Assembly: GCA_040954595.2 (NCBI GenBank)
Contig: CM082588.2
Location: 7,920,844-7,984,843 of the forward strand
Length of the DNA stretch: 64,000 bases
Reading direction: 5' to 3'
DNA from: Balanoglossus misakiensis
Taxonomy: Eukaryota; Animalia; Hemichordata
Positions 13,460 through 27,620 of the stretch are shown here, piece after piece. The first letter of the stretch is position 1; every line of letters begins with the position of its first letter. A model generated the notes under the pieces. That model was given only the letters and a program-made list of their open reading frames with translations. It did no database searches and was not told the origin of the DNA. Both the position numbers and the translations under genes were made by a program.

Positions 13460-14625
13460 AGGATTATAAATGCCACATTTGCATAAAATGCATTCTGCTA
13501 TATAGGGGAAACTCCATGAAAAATTGTAAACTTTAAATATTTTTTACATACACTTCCCTGGTAATGAAATATACCAGGTAACAGACTATACTATAGACAT
13601 CAATGCTTGCACAGTTAGACAAACTGACGAGGAATTTTCAACATATTGTATCCAGATGGAAATTTAATCAATTTACTAAGGACACACAAAGTGAACAAAT
13701 AAACAAAATTTGATTTGTTCACTTTGTAACAGTACTATAATCAAATATCTACCTCGAAGTGTTTTTCTTGATCCAAACTATGACAAATTCAAAAGGCTTA
13801 TGAGTTCCACAGATTTACGGGTATTATTGAATATTTGCAAGTATGTTTATAAAGCTATGGCTGTGAGAAGAACAGCCACTTATAGGATGAATAATATTAT
13901 TCAACTTTCTTTGTATTTGTGTAGTCAGCATTCCCTTTGTATTTGTGTGATGTATTACTTTATTTGAGAACTGGATGTTCTCCTTGCATTTGGACCTGAG
14001 GTCTTGAAACGCAATAAATTACTATTATTATTACTAAGGACACAATTTGTATGTAAGGAAATATGCAGAGAGTAGCAGAATATTTATTTAAACCAAGTGA
14101 CACACTTTTGTAAGACACATTCCTGTACAGATTCAATTTAGTTCTGTTTCTTACCTCTGTGCAAAAATCCCAACATTTGCTGGAAATTGTACGAGACTTA
14201 TCAAGTTTGGAGATGGCACAACAAGAGTTGATATTTCTTAATTCATTGTTATACATTTTTTTCTTTGCTTTATTTTTTTATTGAAATGTTTTGTCTTAAT
14301 TTTTAGAGGACCTGTAAATAAGACTTGTTCCAGTTGGTCTTTCTGGAATAAAATAAAGTCTGAGAAGAAACCAATTCAGAAAAATCCATTTGCTTTATTT
14401 GTTTTTTTTTAGGGGTTGACAAAGGAAATACACTTGTATTGCAAAATGGTATTTTTTTGGTGCACATTTAACGCAGATACAGTTGACCTTGGAAATCTTC
14501 ATTTGATTTCCAACAAATTTTTTCAAAAAACAACAGAAAATACTAGTTGTAGGTATTTGGATGTTTTCTCACACCATCTTTTAAAAATTCTCAAAAAAAA
14601 AGAGATACCATCGTATAAAACTGTG

Positions 14626-14804
14626 TTAAAGGTATACAGTCACCTCCAATTTAAATACGCCCATGTATGGCTGAAATGGCATATTTGAGGGTTCTAAAAG
14701 CCATATGGAGGGGCTCTTATTTTCGCGTGTGCCCACCACTGAAAATCTGTGATTGGCTACATCTCAATTTGCCATGGTAACTGTAGCTAACTGTTTACTT
14801 TTAA
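14626..14804. mobile_element. TTAA-flanked MITE (Kolobok/T2-MITE-like termini)
   Basis: TTAAAGGTATACAGT...ACTGTTTACTTTTAA; decayed version of the perfect copy at 58133. Confidence 0.65.
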
Positions 14805-15918
14805 TTACTTGAGCTGCCACAAGATTGCCTCAGTGTTTTTGCTAAGGCCGGGAAACACTGGTAAATGAGTTGGGAACCCTGGTAACGCTTCTGCTAGCTA
14901 CCAATATGACTGCATTGACATACAAAGGGGAACCCAGGTAAAATGACTGGGGAACCCTGGTAACATGTAACACACAGACCTGTACGCAGAGCTACACATA
15001 AGGCTGAGAGGGCTGATAATAATATTGTGGGGAATAGAAGGTTCCCGTGTTCCCAGATACAAATGATTTGTTTGGGATTATTTTTCTATCGCGTAGGATT
15101 CTTAGAGAAAGCTTCTCTGTGATACGCTTCAATTGAAAGAATCTTACAGGACACTTGCATCAGATTCGGGGGGGGGGGGGGTATTATAGATATATTCTTC
15201 GACAGACTTTCACTGTAATTACATCAGTCCATTCACATGTGGAGTTCGTGACAACATACTTTTGATGTTGATATGGACCGAACCCAACTCATCGGTTTGG
15301 CCAAATTAATAAGGTGTTCTCTGAGTAGCGACTAAAGATTAAAAGACATGAAAAATGCAAACTTTGAAAAATAATATGCCAGTTTTTAGGTACAGTGTTT
15401 TTTTAAATCACAAATTAAAGCTCTGTACCTCGAATATAGCACCATTCGACCTACAGACTGAAACCTGACCACTTCTACCTCATAATCCTCCGTTTTGAAA
15501 GTAAACCATATTTCATATACTGAATAACTTTTATGATAACATTTTGTCTTAAATGTAGGTGTATTTACATCAATACAAACTTAAAAATAAGGGTACTCCT
15601 ACTACTAGTTTGAATTCTAATGATACAAGAGAACTACTGTATAAGAATACCAATTAAATAATGTACTATCATACTCGAAAACTTTTTTTCACTCTCTCCG
15701 CATTCTTCATGATTTTTTTTTAAATTGTCTTAGATTATCTTTACTACGTTTACAGCTAAAGTACAATTTATGAAGCCATGTTGATATACCCAAAGGCTGT
15801 ATGTTGTAATTTTTGATCTTATCAAATACAGCTAGCTGTCCTTCATTACAAATTAAAACAAAGGATCAGGTAGTCCGTATGTAAATGAGGCCATCAACGC
15901 TCATCTATTTTCAGCCCC

Positions 15919-16005
15919 TGACGTCATCGGTGTTCCCCCTGCATGCCCTGATGTGATTGGCTATTGATGACGTGTTCTCTGTGTTGCTAAATTTAGTGCT
16001 ATAAA
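15919..16005 (+). promoter_or_regulatory. Putative AAC4-like promoter: CRE, reverse CCAAT, half-CRE, TATA
   Basis: TGACGTCA 15919, ATTGG 15956, TGACGT ~15968, TATAAA 16000; conserved at 39635-39721 and 59731-59819. Confidence 0.55.
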
Positions 16006-16404
16006 CAAACACTCTGTAATCATGTGCAATATATTGAGGAATCGTAGTACAGGCAGCTGATCACCGCTAAAAGCATGTAGATTGTATTTGGTGCATTTCC
16101 CAGTTAAGCTGATGTATTGCTAAACATATGTAGAAGAAATTTACGGCCCGGGTAACGATGACAACTGCCGCTAGACGAACGAGCCAACACCGGAAGACGC
16201 ATCGACGGAGTTTTAACGGGTTCCACCCGACCCGTCCGCCGAAGACGCAGACGTGTCGTCGATGCTTTCTTCGCCGATGAACGAAACGCGACTCGCAAGA
16301 AGTTATCACACGCAAGACAACAGTCACCCCCACCACTAAACCTCTACCTTGGCGACAACTTTGCCGTCAAGCTTCACGACTTGTTCAAATTTGAGAAAGA
16401 CGTC

Positions 16405-19400
16405 ATGAACAACAGTGAAGGTGGTTTGATACGCTGTGAGTTTGAAGCGAGGCGTGGATTTGATGAGATGAAGCTATCGGAGCAAGCGAAGAGAATTTAC
16501 ACCAGTCCAAACGCCGGTGGAAATTCAGTTGAGTCCGAAGTACTGAGGTAATATTTTTACATGCCATGGAAAAGTGAAAGAAATCCACGCACAAAATAAT
16601 TCTAAGCAGGATGTTGAGATTCCGCTGTGAATTGCCAGTCGAAATAAATAATTAGGGTTTCGAGACCCTCTGGTCTCGAAACCCTCTTGAAATCGTGTTG
16701 TTTTTTATTATTATTCTTCTTCCCACTCTTAAAAACAGCCGCTATTCGAAGACCGTTGCACCCAATGACTTGAAATTTGGCTCATAGGTAAATCTCAAAG
16801 CAAGTAATTTTCTGATCATGTAACTATGGCAACAGGTCACATGACCTGGCAGCCATCTTGGATTGAAAGTTTAAAATTGATCTCATTTGCATAAAAAATG
16901 ACGAATCAAAATTCTTTGAACAAACTTTGTGGACCATATGGCCAGGGTCCTATATGCAAAATTTCAATGTTCAAGTCTTTGCCGATTTTGAGGAGATGAT
17001 TTTTAAAGCATTATTTTTCATATTTTTCAAGACCATTGGACCCAGCCTTAGGCCTATACTTTCCATAGTTAAGCTATGGCCACCTAGGATCTTAGATTTA
17101 TGCCCAATATCTCAACATCCGCTGGGCTGATCAGCTTCAAATTTATTGTGCAGCTAGCCTACCTTCCAACAATCAGTTCCAACTGGAAAAAATAATATGA
17201 AAAATCGACCGATTTTTTTATATTAATTTTTTTATGAAATCTATACCTATACGTATTCCACTATAGTTAAGCTATGGCCAAGTCGTTTTGTAGAATTCTG
17301 GTTGGTGCAATAGTCCTATCGGCCAGTGTGCAGCATAGGACCACAAAAAGAAGCCAAATTAATTCAAGGGTCACCTGTGACACCTGCCTAACTCATTAAT
17401 TATGTGCATACCTAATTCGAGGCAAACCAATAGGGCTACAGGTCTGATTTTTGTTAGACATGGACCAGTATGGGGTCAAATTATCCCCCGAAATTTGGGG
17501 TGACCTTGAGTGACCTTTGACCTTCTTCCGCATATCTCGGCATCCAGAGCAGGTACAGCTTAGGTGTTTGGGTGGATGGTACCAAAATAAGAAGCCAAAT
17601 TCAAGGGTCACCTGTGACACCTGCCTAACTCATTAATTATGTGCATACCTAATTCCAGGCAAACCAATAGGGCTACAGGTCTGATTTTTGTTGGACATGA
17701 ACCAGTATGGGGTCAAATTATCCCCCAAAATTTGGGGTGACCTTGGGTGACCTTTGACCTACTTCCTCATATCTCGGCATTTACAGCAGGTACAGCTTAG
17801 GTGTTTGGGTGGATGGTATGAAAATAAGAAGCCAAAATTTAGGGTCACCTGTGATTCCTGCCTAACTCATTAATTATGTGCATACCTAATTCTAGGCGAA
17901 CCAAGGGGGCTACAGGTCTGGTGTTTGTTGGATATGTACCACTATGGGGTCAAATGTTTTTGCCCACATTTTGGGTGACCTTGGGTGACCTTTGACCTAC
18001 TTCCACATATCTCAGCATCTAGAGCAGGTACAGCTTAGGTGTTTGGGTGGATGGAACCAAAATAAGAAGCCCAAATTTAGGGTCACCTGTGACACCTGCC
18101 TTACTCATTAATTATGTGCATACCTAATTCCAGGCGAACTAACAGGACTACAGGTCTGGTGTTTGTTGGACATGGACCAGTATGGGGTCAAATTTTCCCC
18201 CCAAATTTCGGGTGACCTTGGGTAACCTTTGACCTACTTCCGCATATCTCGGCATCCACAGCAGGTACAGCTTAGGTGTTTGGGAGGATGGTACCAAAAT
18301 AATTAGCCAAAATTTAGGACCACCTGTGACACCTGCCTAACTATGTGCATAACTAAGTACACACAAACCAATAGGGCTAGATGTGTGGTTTTTATTGGAC
18401 ATGGACCAATATAGTGTCAAAATTTTCTGCTCATATTTAGGGTGACCTCACATGACGTTTGACCAACTTTCCCACATCCTACACCCTGACTAATTAAATA
18501 TGCACATATCTATCTCCAGGCGAACCAATAGGGCTAGCAGTGTCTCGAAACCCGCTTATTGCTGTTCACAGCTATATTTACAGCTATTTTTATTTTTTTG
18601 TCTGAAAAACTGCGTTTATTCGTTTTTTTACCTCCAAAACTTACGAAATGGAGACCACAATGAACTGAGTTCGATTGGATCGTGCAGCAACTAAATGTAT
18701 AGAAAACGGCTTGTTTTTAATGTTTCTAAAACGACCGTTTTGAGGGCTAAAAGTGGTCAAAATGGCAATTTTGTCTTAAGTGGAGTCAGTAAGACTTTTT
18801 TTCCGAATCAACACCAGTTTCAACTTAGAACGGACTTATTAGCTTCCCAAACCTTCTATACAAAATTCTGTTTAATCTACTTATATTTAATCTAATTTGA
18901 TTTATCTATTTCTAAGAAATGTATGTTTTCCAAAAGTAAATGATGACAACTTGAAATTGCAACAAACTTGTTAGTATCACCATTTATATCTATAATAGTA
19001 CAATTTATATTTCCCACTGTTTTACCCCCGACAGTTTTGAACTGCTGAAGCGCTGTTTTAGAGCAAGATTGCTGAAGACGGAGATGGAAGTCAATTATTT
19101 CCCATACGGCGGATCCATCACCGACTACACCTGCCATATGTTTGACACCAAATTGGGCGTGTCGGTCACCAGGGCGATGAAGTTCAAAGGTCAATACGAA
19201 ACGGAGGACGCGGAGAAACTACTGAGAAAGAAATTACAGGGTGAGAAACAAGAATTATTCAGATAGTAAGAAATGGTACGGAGTTTAAAAAAAAAACAAA
19301 AACAAACAATTATTTTACTACTAATCTAATTCTTCTCGTATCATTTTTAGGTATTACCATGGCAACGAGAAATTCCTTAGAATGCTGGTCCAAGCAAATA

Positions 19401-19562
19401 TTACATGTGTGGGGTGCGTCCGCTCACATTGCGAACACTGTCGCGGACGTTTACTACAGACTGCCGAGGGATATAACCTCGAACACGGTAGTTTTAATCA
19501 CAACAGCCAGCAGGCAATCTAGTATATTCAGCAACTCGACAAACACCCGGGGAAGAGCCTAA
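16405..19562 (+). CDS. AAC4-like protein, spliced (exons 16405-16547, 19035-19240, 19351-19562); start codon uncertain
   Basis: Spliced product reads SPNAGGNSVESEVLS|FELLKRCFRARLLKTEMEVNYFPYGGSITDY..LGVSVTRAMK..LLRKKLQ|GITMATRN..WSKQILHVW, recognised as the AAC-rich mRNA clone AAC4 family; phases join in frame (561 nt). Confidence 0.78.
16652..18580 (+). mobile_element. Non-autonomous DINE/HINE (Helentron-associated)-like element in AAC4-like intron 1
   Basis: Absent from sister copy (60466 reads AATAATTACAGC). 5' hairpin GGGTTTCGAGACC-ctct-GGTCTCGAAACCC, ATT/CTT microsatellite, internal repeats, 3' subTIR GTCTCGAAACCC (18542-18553) and stem-loop GCTGT-tc-ACAGC. Confidence 0.8.
17300..18540. 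repeat. ~237-bp internal tandem repeats (~5 copies) of the HINE-like element
   Basis: CACCTGTGA recurs at ~17372, 17609, 17846, 18084, 18321. Confidence 0.9.
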
Positions 19563-20051
19563 TTCTTAAAACCCGGCGACGGTTGATTTCAGGGGCGATT
19601 TCAAACACTCAGTATGGTTGCAAATAATGAGAAAGACTTTTAATCAGACTCGTAATCGCACAGCGAAATTTGATAATGTTATTATAAAATATAATAGTTA
19701 TATTATATCTGTACACGTACGTAAGGACGAAATTGTTTTCTGAAGACATGAATTTGAAAGACATGCGTTTGTTTTATTATATTAAATTGTATAAAACGTG
19801 GTATTATGAATCTATATTTCTAAGATCTTTTTCAACTTCTTTCATTTATTCGATTTAGGATTTTGTCGAAACCACAAGCTCAGTCCCAAATTCGAAACTC
19901 ACCTCACTACCAAAAACACGCTCAAGGCAAGCATGCACGCAAAAAGTATTGAAATTATTTGTAAGAACAAAAAAAGCATCGAAAACACATTAAGTATTGA
20001 GATTTAAAAATCACCAAGCGACTAGTGGGCTAGTCTACATTTTGACCTATC

Positions 20052-20106
20052 TGACGTCAAATGCCATGAATATATTCAGGCGAAAACGAGGTTGAGGGGA
20101 TTCCCC
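20052..20106 (+). promoter_or_regulatory. CRE and kappaB site upstream of unit 3
   Basis: TGACGTCA 20052-20059; GGGGATTCCCC 20096-20106. Confidence 0.55.
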
Positions 20107-20581
20107 TTTGATTCCCCGGTTGCGGACAACCATATATTTATTTTTGTTTATATGTACTTGCATACTAGTATTTTGCGCCAATGTCAGTGGCCTTCACATT
20201 TGAAATCGTAGCCCCCAAACATCGATTTGTTGGACTTTTCTACCCATATGATATAAAGTTACGAGAAACTTCATCTGATTGTATCATTCTAACCACTTAA
20301 CTCTAGCACTCAAAATATTTCAAGTGAGTTTCACATATACATATACATGGAACGGTAAGGCCACTGTGCCAAGCCTCTGTTAGTCGTAGTTAAGAGTTCA
20401 GACTGCGTGTTTGTGAGTTGCAGACAGAGTTGGAATTTGCGCCTGGTTTTTAGCAAATGTGAACATTTTAGTGTATCACCAACACTGTTCGAGGTAATCT
20501 TGGAAGTGGAGATCTTCATATATCTGCGCCCAAGTGCTTCCAGAACTGGAGTCAAGTTGTGTTTTGTGATATCGTACAAAG

Positions 20582-22328
20582 ATGGCGACTGGTGGTGCCT
20601 TTATAACCACACCCGAAAAGGTGAATCACGCTAAACTTTGTCGACTACTTATTGACGGCGGATCTAAAGCGGTGAGATGTGTATTTGACAGCAAGATTCC
20701 ACCTAATCTGCTTGCGAAAACTCTTAACAAGCATAAGGCATCGTTAGAGAAACTACGAATGTCGTATAGAGGACCTAATCCAGGTCAAAAGGTTATCAGT
20801 GATGGTCAGTGGAATCTGTTATACCCAACCCAACCCAACCTTGTCAAGTCTCAATATTTCGACATTACATTGCTCACAGTTTTATTACGGAATATCTGTG
20901 GCCTTCGACATCCAAGAGATAGAGTGTGGACACATCCCTTCCCTGGTGATCTCCGTGTTGAAGCTGATGTGGCCCGAATAAGAGAGTTCAGGAATAGACT
21001 TCAACACATGACGGGCACAGCTGTCCCTGAGAGCGAATTTCAATCTTTCTGGGATGACATTAGTAAAGTACTGGTACGTCTTGGCGCTAAGCAGGGAGAT
21101 ATCAGTCAGTTGAAGACTGCGAGTATGGGCCTTGCAGAGACAGACAAATACGAACAAACTTTAAAGGACTGGGAAGAATCCGACATGGTGCTGGAAAAGT
21201 TCCTACAGCGTATGGAAGAGAAAATTGGTGATCAAACTCAACATCTTGGTCAGATATCAGAGACACAGACTGGCCATAGCAGTACTTTGGCTGATATCGA
21301 ACAGAACCAACGGGAGAACCAACAAGAAACGACTCAACATCTTGGTCAGATATCAGAGACACAGACTGGCCATAGCAGTACTTTGGCTGATATCGAACAG
21401 AACCAACGGGAGAACCAACAAGAAACGACTCAACATCTTGGTCAGATATCAGAGACACAGACTGGCCATAGCAGTACTTTGGCTGATATCGAACAGAACC
21501 AACGGGAGAACCAACAAGAAACGACTCAACATCTTGGTCAGATATCAGTGACACAGACTGGCCATAGCAGTACTTTGGCTGATATCGAACAGAACCAACA
21601 AGAAACGACTCAACATCTTGGTCAGATATCAGAGACACAGAGTGGCCATAGCAGTACTTTGGCTGATATCGAACAGAACCAACGGGAGAACCAACAAGAA
21701 ACGACTCAACATCTTGGTCAGATATCAGTGACACAGACTGGCCATAGCAGTACTTTGGCTGATATCGAACAGAACCAACGGGAGAACCAACAAGAAACGA
21801 CTCAACATCTTGGTCAGATATCAGAGACACAGAGTGGCCATAGCAGTACTTTGGCTGATATCGAACAGAACCAACAAGAAACGACTCAACATCTTGGTCA
21901 GATATCAGAGACACAGAGTGGCCATAGCAGTACTTTGGCTGATATCGAACAGAACCAACAAGAAACGACTCAACATCTTGGTCAGATATCAGAGACACAG
22001 ACTGGCCATAGCAGTACTTTGGCTGATATCGAACAGAACCAACGGGAGAACCAACAAGAAACGACTCAACATCTTGGTCAGATATCAGAGACACAGACTG
22101 GCCATAGCAGTACTTTGGCTGATATCGAACAGAACCAACGGGAGAACCAACAAGAAACGACTCAACATCTTGGTCAGATATCAGTGACACAGACTGGCCA
22201 TAGCAGTATTTTGGCTGATATCAAACAGAACCAACGGGAGAACCAACAAGAAATGATTCAACATCTGGTTGACATCAAAGAAGGCCCCAAGACTTCACAT
22301 ACCAGTGAGTCAAGAACATGTGTTCCAG
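20582..22328 (+). CDS. NLR unit 3 exon 1, HEPN + 11 coiled-coil repeats
   Basis: RNRLQH motif; donor CCAG|GTAATA. Confidence 0.9.
21248..22267 (+). repeat. 96/84-bp coding VNTR, pattern LLLSLLSSLLL
   Basis: Counted from translation. Confidence 0.95.
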
Positions 22329-23077
22329 GTAATAATTAAGATTGACAAGTTGAATGCATTTCTATGGCTGAAATCTACAATCTTGTAGGTTTTTTAGAAT
22401 TTGTATAATTTTTGGTCAAACTTAATTTTTCCTTCATGGTCTCATAAATTATATGTGCAGATAAGAACTCTTATTCCAATTTGGTCAGATGACCCTGAGG
22501 GCCAATCTGGGTTAGCTCATTTCACATCTCAAGTCTTACGTCATAATCATACATTGCATAGACCATTTATAAGCAAGTTTTATACTTATTTTTGCAATAT
22601 ATGAGAATGAGAATAATCAGGAAATCTAGATAATTACAATCCCACTTTTCTGGGGAGTCCAAAATCTTGTTAGGTGGTGACATCTTGGGTTTTTGCCGCC
22701 AGTTATTTAAAGGGACAAAGACTCTCTCTCAATTCCCCTTTTCCATTAATAAATGTTTGATACACGACACTGTTTATGTACATGTATATAGTGAATCAAC
22801 GTTCGACCGCACACAACTTCCATCTCACTTGTATGATATGAGAGCAACAAATCTCACCAAAATGAATATGGTCGAATGTTGATTCACTATATATACACAT
22901 GTAGAATAACATAAACAGTGTCTTGTATCAAATATAATTAATGGAAAAAGGGCAGCGAGAGTGAGACTTTAATGTCCCTTTAATGGCGACATCATGGTTG
23001 CTTAGTTTGAAAAAAGATTCTGTTGTACACCACCATTAAAAATAACTTTTTCTATAAATTCTCTCCTTTATCTCAAG

Positions 23078-23209
23078 ATGCTTCCTGTGCTTGGTGCAAC
23101 TGTAAGAGTGATAATCTCAAGAAGTTTATACGCTGTTGTGCACTGATGTATTGTGGGAAAGACTGCCAGAAACAACACTGGATGAAAGGTCACAGAGAAG
23201 AATGCAAAG
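23078..23209 (+). CDS. NLR unit 3 exon 2, zf-MYND
   Basis: As unit 1; splice sites conserved. Confidence 0.8.
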
Positions 23210-23815
23210 GTACAATTGATCATTTTCTGAACTCCACGTGACCCCACGAGATTTCACGTAGCTAAACAATTTATATGGGAGGACATTCCCCTGGCACAGG
23301 GCAAACAATTAACATCTCCCACCATATTCAATGGCACAAACAATTTCCTTTTTTGTTAAACTCTGCATTCACCTATTCTAATTTCTTAGCTACCAACCCG
23401 TTGCTATGGTAATTAACCAAGTCTCAGGAGATTTCTCAATGAGCTGGAAATCATCATTGTTAAAGTCTGAAGCTATATTCTAGTTACATACCAAGCTAGA
23501 TAGTATGAAAATATTCACAAACACCTTTTAGTCCGTGTAAGAACTTATGAATAAGATACTGAAAATTTCCATGTTTCACGCATAATGTTTGTATTCACAT
23601 GTGCTGAGCTGTCTGTCAAAAAGCTGGGGGTAATCACGACATGACCCTGCCTATGTGGAACATAATATGTGGCTCATAATACTTCTAGTATACCATATGT
23701 AACCCCTGACTATATTATACTTAGTACAATGATGTTTTACAGCTTGTGAAAATAGTAAACTAAATCTGCAATACAAAAGTCATACTATCAATATTTCATT
23801 GTTTTTTTCTTACAG

Positions 23816-26670
23816 ATACTTCTGCAGGGTTTGAGTGGCTGAAAGACCATCTCAAAGAATTGTACAGCCATGACTTTGACAAGTTCCAACCGTTGCCATG
23901 GAGTGAAAACTTCTCACTTCATTTATCTGATGTCTATACCCGACTGAAGATGGTAGAGGTTGATGAAAGGGGTAAGATCAATAAGGACAATGAAGCAAAG
24001 AACACTGTAGTTCATGAGAGGGCAATATTTGAAGCAGATAGAAGAGGAGTGAGACCCCGTAGAATAAGAATTGAAGGACCTCCAGCTATTGGCAAGTCAA
24101 TGTTTTCTAGAAAGCTGGCCTACAACTGGGCTTGTGGAAAATTAGAGCAATTTAAATTAGTCTTTCTGTTGGAAATGAGATATTTGAGTAAAGAATCAAT
24201 CATAGAAACCATATTTGATCAATTACTTCCTGATGATGCAGAAATTTCCAGAGATGAGCTTGACAAGGTTCTGAAAAGGAATGCAGATTCTGTGCTGTTC
24301 CTTTGTGATGGTTTGGATGAAATGTGTAAGGATTTCAAGGAAAGTTCCGATATTAGTCGGATTATTGCAAAGAAATTATTGCCAAGATGTACAGTAGCTA
24401 TCACAACCAGGCCCCATGAATGTGACACACAGCTGAAAAACTGTGATTCACATTATCACATACAGGGCTTCACAGAGAGTGATTGTAGGGAATATATCAG
24501 GAAGTATTTCAAGAATAAGTGTGAGACTGGTAAGAATTTGATCACAAATTTAGAACAAAACCTCCAGTTTGAGTGGTTGGATGATTTCCTTAGTAATCCC
24601 TTACATGTTTCATTTCTTTGTGTACTGTGGGAGGATCATCAAGATGGTGACCATTTCCCAACTAGAGTGACAGAGTTGTATTTTGAAGTATTGAAGTGTA
24701 TTTTGAAGAGGTATTGTTCCAAGACTGGCGTCAGTCTTGATGAACAAGAGGAAGTACCCATTGATATCATGGCTGATGTAAATAAACTGGCTGCCATTGC
24801 TTATAATTATCTGAAACAGAGAAAACTACTCATAAATGAGGTAGATGTGATGCCAACATGGCTCTTGTCACTAGGGTTACTTGTGCGTGATTGCGGTGTA
24901 TCTCGCACAAAACCAAAGAAAGTTTGTTTCTTTTGTCACAAAACTTGGCTGGAATATTTTGCTTCTTTACATATTGCTGAATGTGTGAAGGATACTGCTT
25001 CCTTTGATGAGTTTCAATTTCTATATAGTAACAATTATGATGGCAACAATGACCAAGTCTTTGTATTTCTGACTGGCACTCTGAAGGAGAAAGCTGGTCC
25101 AGTATTTAAGGGGATTGGGATGGCGATGTGCAAGTCTACAGATGCTGATGGCCTTGAGTTACATGTAAGAATGAAAAGATATATAGCTATCTTACGTGAA
25201 AGTGTCAATTATCAAGCATTTTGGAAATTCATAGAACCCATCCTTTATCAATTTAAGTATTTCATTTGTAATTCTTCATTAAATTTTACAGCAAGATCTA
25301 TGGTTGTCAATTCTGTGTCTTCACCATCACCATACTGTCTAAGTGACGATTTGAATTTTCATAGATTATATTATGAACACAGTTACTTGATGATAATCAT
25401 TGATATACTGAAGTATGAACACTCATGTGAAAGTAGACCCAAATTTAATAACAATCTCGAGTTAGATACAAACAAAATGCAATCATCAGCGATATCGTAT
25501 TTGGTAGAGGCATTGGAGAAGAATCTTATTTCTCTTGAATGGCTTGTGTTGTATGTGACTCTATCTAGTGACAAGAATCTGCTTCAGTTGGCAAAAGCTA
25601 TCAGAGAAACCAAAGCGGTACAAAACTTTTATATCAATGTACGGATTGATAGGGATAATGTTGTTGACAGCACTCCCAATGAGAAATGTAAGCAAGGCAC
25701 CTCAAATAAAGAAACAGATTTGACATCATGCACTTTAAGAAACCTTATCGAAAATGCTGTGAAAAATAAGCATATTGATTGTTTGTCATTGCATACAGTT
25801 AACGAGTATGACCATCAATGGGAGGAGATTGATAACATTGTTCCATATAAGTCATTGAAACAGGCCAGGTACTTTCATAATGTTGTGGAAACCAAAACAG
25901 GTGTAAATAGCGTATTATTGAAAGTTGCTGATATGCTTGAACACTGTCAATCTACCAAGGTTTGTCATTTTGTACTTTTTGATAGTGTCAGATATTCTGC
26001 CATTGAGAACAAGACTGCAAGAGCATTGTTCAAAGCTGTTCAAAATATCCGCAAAATAAAATCTCTTTGCTTGTTTGTCGCATCAGTATGTTCAAAGATA
26101 CCTTTTATAGTTCCATCTGGATTTTTGCCAATATCTGATGTTGTGAATGAGATTTTACATATTTTGAGGTCTAACACCACATTACAGGATCTTAAGTTAT
26201 TTATAGAGAATGAAAATGTTGATGCTGTATCGAAGTTTATTCAATGTAATAGGTATGTCAAGTCACTGTCCTTTGGTCTGTATCAGTTCAGAATGAGCAT
26301 AGACCATTTATATTCAGCTCTCTGTGCTGCTTTGAGTTCCAATACAACTCTGGAAAGCTTTGTGCTGCATTTATGTTATGAGTTTCAATTACTTCATAGT
26401 AACCCTGAATTTTCCACTGTGCGTAAGTATATTAGTCAATTGATTTTACCAACACATAGGTTATTGTGTGATGGAAAATCTGCATTGAAGACTATTTCAT
26501 TAACTTTTCCATCATCAAGTCCAGAACGCAGTGATTATATTGTCAATGTCATGACCGAATATTTTAAAGGAAATGTTTCAGGGTCATACCAATACACTGT
26601 GAAGAGGCTGACCGTGTCAGAGTTAACAGGGTATATTCACGTTCTGAAAGTATCGATCAGTGAACCCTAG
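23816..26670 (+). CDS. NLR unit 3 exon 3, NACHT + LRR-like (spliced product ~1577 aa)
   Basis: Intact frame; NACHT motifs conserved. Confidence 0.92.
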
Positions 26671-27077
26671 AGAATGCTGAATGCCACATTTGCATAAGAT
26701 GCATTCTGCTGTATAGGGGAAACTCCATGAAAAATTGTAAACTTTAATTTTGTTTTACATACACTTAATTTAAGGTACAGAAATAAAATATACCAGGTAA
26801 CAGAATATACTATAGATATCAATGCTTGCACAGTTAGACAAACTGTCAAGGAATTTTCAATATACTGTATCTAGATGGAAATATAATCAATTTACTAAGG
26901 ACACACAAAGTGAAAAAATAAACAAAATTTGATTTGTTCACTTTATAACAGTACTAGAATCAAATATCTACCACAAAGTGTTTTTCTTGACTGGAACTAT
27001 GACAAATTCAAAAGGCTTATGAGTTCCACAGAATTACAGGTATTATTGAATATTTGCAAGTATGTTTTTAAAGCTAT

Positions 27078-27620
27078 GGCTGTGAGAAGAACAGCCACTT
27101 ATAGGATGAATAATATTGTTCAACTTTCTTTGTATTTGTGTAGTCAGCATTCACTTTGTATTTGTGTGATGTATTACTTTAGTTGAAAACTGGATGTTCT
27201 CCTTGCATTTGGACCTGAGGTCTTCAAACGCAATAAATTACTATTATTATTACTGGCTGTGAGAAGAGCAGCCACTTGCCACTCATAGAGTGTATAATAT
27301 TGTTCAACTTTCTTTGTATTTGTGTAGTCAGCATTTCACTTTGTATTTGTGTGATGTATTACTTTATTTGAGAACTGGATGTTCTCCTTGCATTTGGACC
27401 TGAGGTCTTGAAACGCAATAAATTACTATTATTATTACTGGCTGTGAGAAGAGCAGCCACTTGCCACTCATAGAGTGTATAATATTGTTCAACTTTCTTT
27501 GTATTTGTGTAGTCAGCATTCATTTTGTATTTGTGTGATGTATTACTTTAGTTGAGAACTGGATGTTCTCCTTGCATTTGGACCTGAGATCTTGAAACGC
27601 AATAAATTACTATAATTATT
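27078..27620 (+). repeat. ~185-bp 3' repeat, 3 copies
   Basis: Same unit as 4472-5750. Confidence 0.9.

Noticed and set aside
14831-14965. CAGTGTTTTT... segment with GGGAACCCTGGTAA subrepeats, hAT-MITE-like start
   Set aside because: No matching second terminus or TSD found
15168-15181. Poly-G tract (also ~38872 and ~58994)
   Set aside because: Simple variable homopolymer with no evidence of function
16067-16594. Minus-strand ORFs here and at 18892-19194 and their copies
   Set aside because: Antisense shadows of AAC4-like exons
21102-22190. Long antisense and alternative-frame ORFs over the VNTRs (MSLISDQDVES..., ..VRYQRHR..)
   Set aside because: By-products of a repeat unit whose length is a multiple of 3 and lacks stops; they begin and end with the repeat
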